The notes under the pieces were generated by a model, which worked only from the letters and a program-made list of their open reading frames with translations, had not been told where the DNA came from and did not search any database. The position numbers and the translations under genes are program-made. A stretch of DNA of 64,000 nucleotides from Azolla caroliniana. Lineage: Eukaryota > Plantae > Polypodiophyta. Positions 62,160 through 64,000 of this stretch are shown piece after piece; position 1 is the stretch's first letter; every line of letters starts with the position of its first letter. The stretch spans positions 20,894,001 to 20,958,000 of the forward strand of contig JBHGNT010000001.1 in the NCBI GenBank assembly GCA_043228905.1. The letters run 5' to 3'.

Positions 62160-63318
62160 ACGTACTATGCATATACAAGCTCTCCATTAAACCTGCGTAT
62201 TTTCCGTGTTCAGTTCTCTATTGCTTCCGCATGCTATTCTTTACAGTTGTTGCCTGGAGACCAATCTGCAGCGGGTGGTTACGGCAAGCGGGTGAATAGC
62301 GTCTGGTGACCTATTCGGATGTTGTTTAACCGAATGAAGCACGATTGGGTCGGTTGTTGCTCAAGGAGCTCCCCTCAAGCTGTTACAATCATAGGAATAG
62401 AGTACAGCCGACTGGCATACTCCAATTTGTGATTTAACACAGTGAGATGCGAGCTTTTTGTTTTTCTTCTCCCTTCTTTGTTCTTCAAAGAAAAAGAAAA
62501 CGGAATGTTGTGTGGTGTACTATGACGGTCGGAAACGGGTTGAAGAACCTCCAACGCTCTGATACCAAATGTTGGGGACAAGGCCGTCAATGCGGAAGTG
62601 CAAGCAACATTCGTGATGAAGAAGAACTTGTGTATGCACATAAGCAAGATAGACACACACAGAGCGAGAGAGAGATATAGGCACAAACAAACGTTATATT
62701 CCAATAGCAACAGTTACAAAGAATGACAACCAACCTTTACTAAAGGTTACAAAGTCACTATATATAGTGACTATCCTAGCGCAACTGTCCTTTATGCTAT
62801 TTACAAAAATAGCCCAAACTTGGGCTGTCCAAAAGGACAGTGTGAATACGGCCATTATACACTCGTATTCGACACTATCCACTTGGCCATTCAATTTTAT
62901 ATTAGTTTTAGATTTTATGTCTTATCTCTCTCCTCTCTCTTTGTTGCCCTTTTTCCATGTGTCGCATACTCCCTCTCTTACTTTTTCTTCCTTGGCGCTT
63001 ACCTCCCTCCTCTCTTTACCTTTTTGCTCGATGTCTACACTTTATCCTTTTACCCTTGTTCATCTGCATTTCTCACACTCGGCATGCCACATCACGACAA
63101 CGAATAGGAGAGTGTAGTGTTTCACACATATAGTTAACATAATTGTATGTTTTCCTAAATAAAAAGAAGAAGAAGAAAAACTAATCAATTATACATATTA
63201 CACATTCAATATGGCAAACAAGCTCTTTACAAATAACATCACAATGAGTTATCTTCAAACATAGCATAGAACCAAATGAAACAATTTAAACCAACATAGT
63301 TACAAGCCCAAATGTTCA

Positions 63319-63659
63319 TGTCACGTTAGGAGGTTCCCTATGAATTGTAAGGGTTTGTAAGATTGTATATGATTTCCCCTCTAGAGAAGTCCTAAGAAAT
63401 GGGATAGGAAGTAGGATGGGGAAGGATTGGGTCCGGAGAAGGGTAATATCCTAATTCCCCGCTCAACGGTGGTGGAGCCAAGGCTAGAGGCGTAGACAAT
63501 AGAAAGGCCAGAAGCAGTGGACACGGTTCAACAGGAACTAGGGCAAGAACATACTACACAATCGGGTCTTTAGACATAGCAGCAGGAGGACGCATGAAGG
63601 TCGATGTCAGATTGGGAGATGGAAGAGACGGCTACACAGAGCTTTGGGGAGGAGCAAGG
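63319..63659. repeat. Possible LTR fragment beginning TGTCACG
   Basis: Abrupt compositional change and an LTR-like start. No second copy in the window. Confidence 0.3.
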
Positions 63660-64000
63660 TGTCAAGAACTACACGCTCCGATGAACAACGCTCGGCCACA
63701 ACCGAGCTTAGAATCAAACACAGAAAACGGGAATGTATGCACGACAAAATGGAGAGAAGGGTACATAGGATGTTTACGTGGAAAACCCAAACATGGGAAA
63801 AACCACGGCAGTCCACTAACTGCTAACTATCACTTTATAACAATATACAAAGAGATGAACATAGAGGCAACGACCTCTTGTTCACTGTCTTTGCCACAGG
63901 CGGCGGTTACAACAGAGGCAATGACCTCTTCGTCTCTTTCTTTTCTCTCTCTCTCTGTACACTGTTGCGCTCTAATCTTTCGTCAACAAGAATAACAACT
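63660..64000 (-). repeat. LTR of the same family as the solo LTR at 59980-60746 (runs off the window)
   Basis: Reverse complement of about 60360-60746 (CAACGCTCGGCCACAACCGAGCTTAGAAT). No PBS next to it, so it is a 3' or solo LTR. Confidence 0.85.

Larger units (their letters stand above)
55809..62245 (+). mobile_element. Ty1/Copia element K (same family as F), full length, pseudogenised
   Basis: Perfect TSD GTTGT. LTRs at 55809-56241 and 61817-62245. PBS at 56242-56253. PPT at 61806-61816. Gag from 56325, then PR, INT, RT and RH fragments. Confidence 0.96.
52575..63099 (-). mobile_element. Ty1/Copia element J (Tork-like), 3'-truncated, with a long leader interrupted by element K
   Basis: PBS (Met-i) at 62556-62567. 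5' LTR at about 62570-63099. Gag 54650-55430, protease (LLDSG), INT and RT (QLDVKTAFLHG) at 52575-54560. Confidence 0.88.

Overview
Plant nuclear DNA, most likely from a fern (inferred from the PPR motif style and the mix of Tcn1-like and tRNA-Trp-primed Gypsy lineages). Most of the window is nested, decayed LTR retrotransposons: Ty1/Copia families primed by tRNA-Met(i), a non-chromovirus Ty3/Gypsy family primed by tRNA-Trp, and two Tcn1-like chromoviruses. There are also two hAT DNA transposons. The one intact host gene is a 1278-aa PLS-E class PPR ORF (47331-51167, minus strand). Many insertion boundaries could be fixed by target-site duplications (TSDs). The most notable signals are: (i) antisense tRNA-like Pol III A/B boxes conserved at the U3 tip of two otherwise divergent chromovirus LTRs; (ii) a Tf1-type self-priming site; (iii) a -1 frameshift cassette placed after the protease in a Gypsy family whose protease motif is D-H-G; (iv) Copia families with two polypurine tracts (PPTs), a charged tail after RNase H, and a conserved hairpin bracketing the PPT/LTR junction. 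All coordinates were read by eye and may be off by a few bases.
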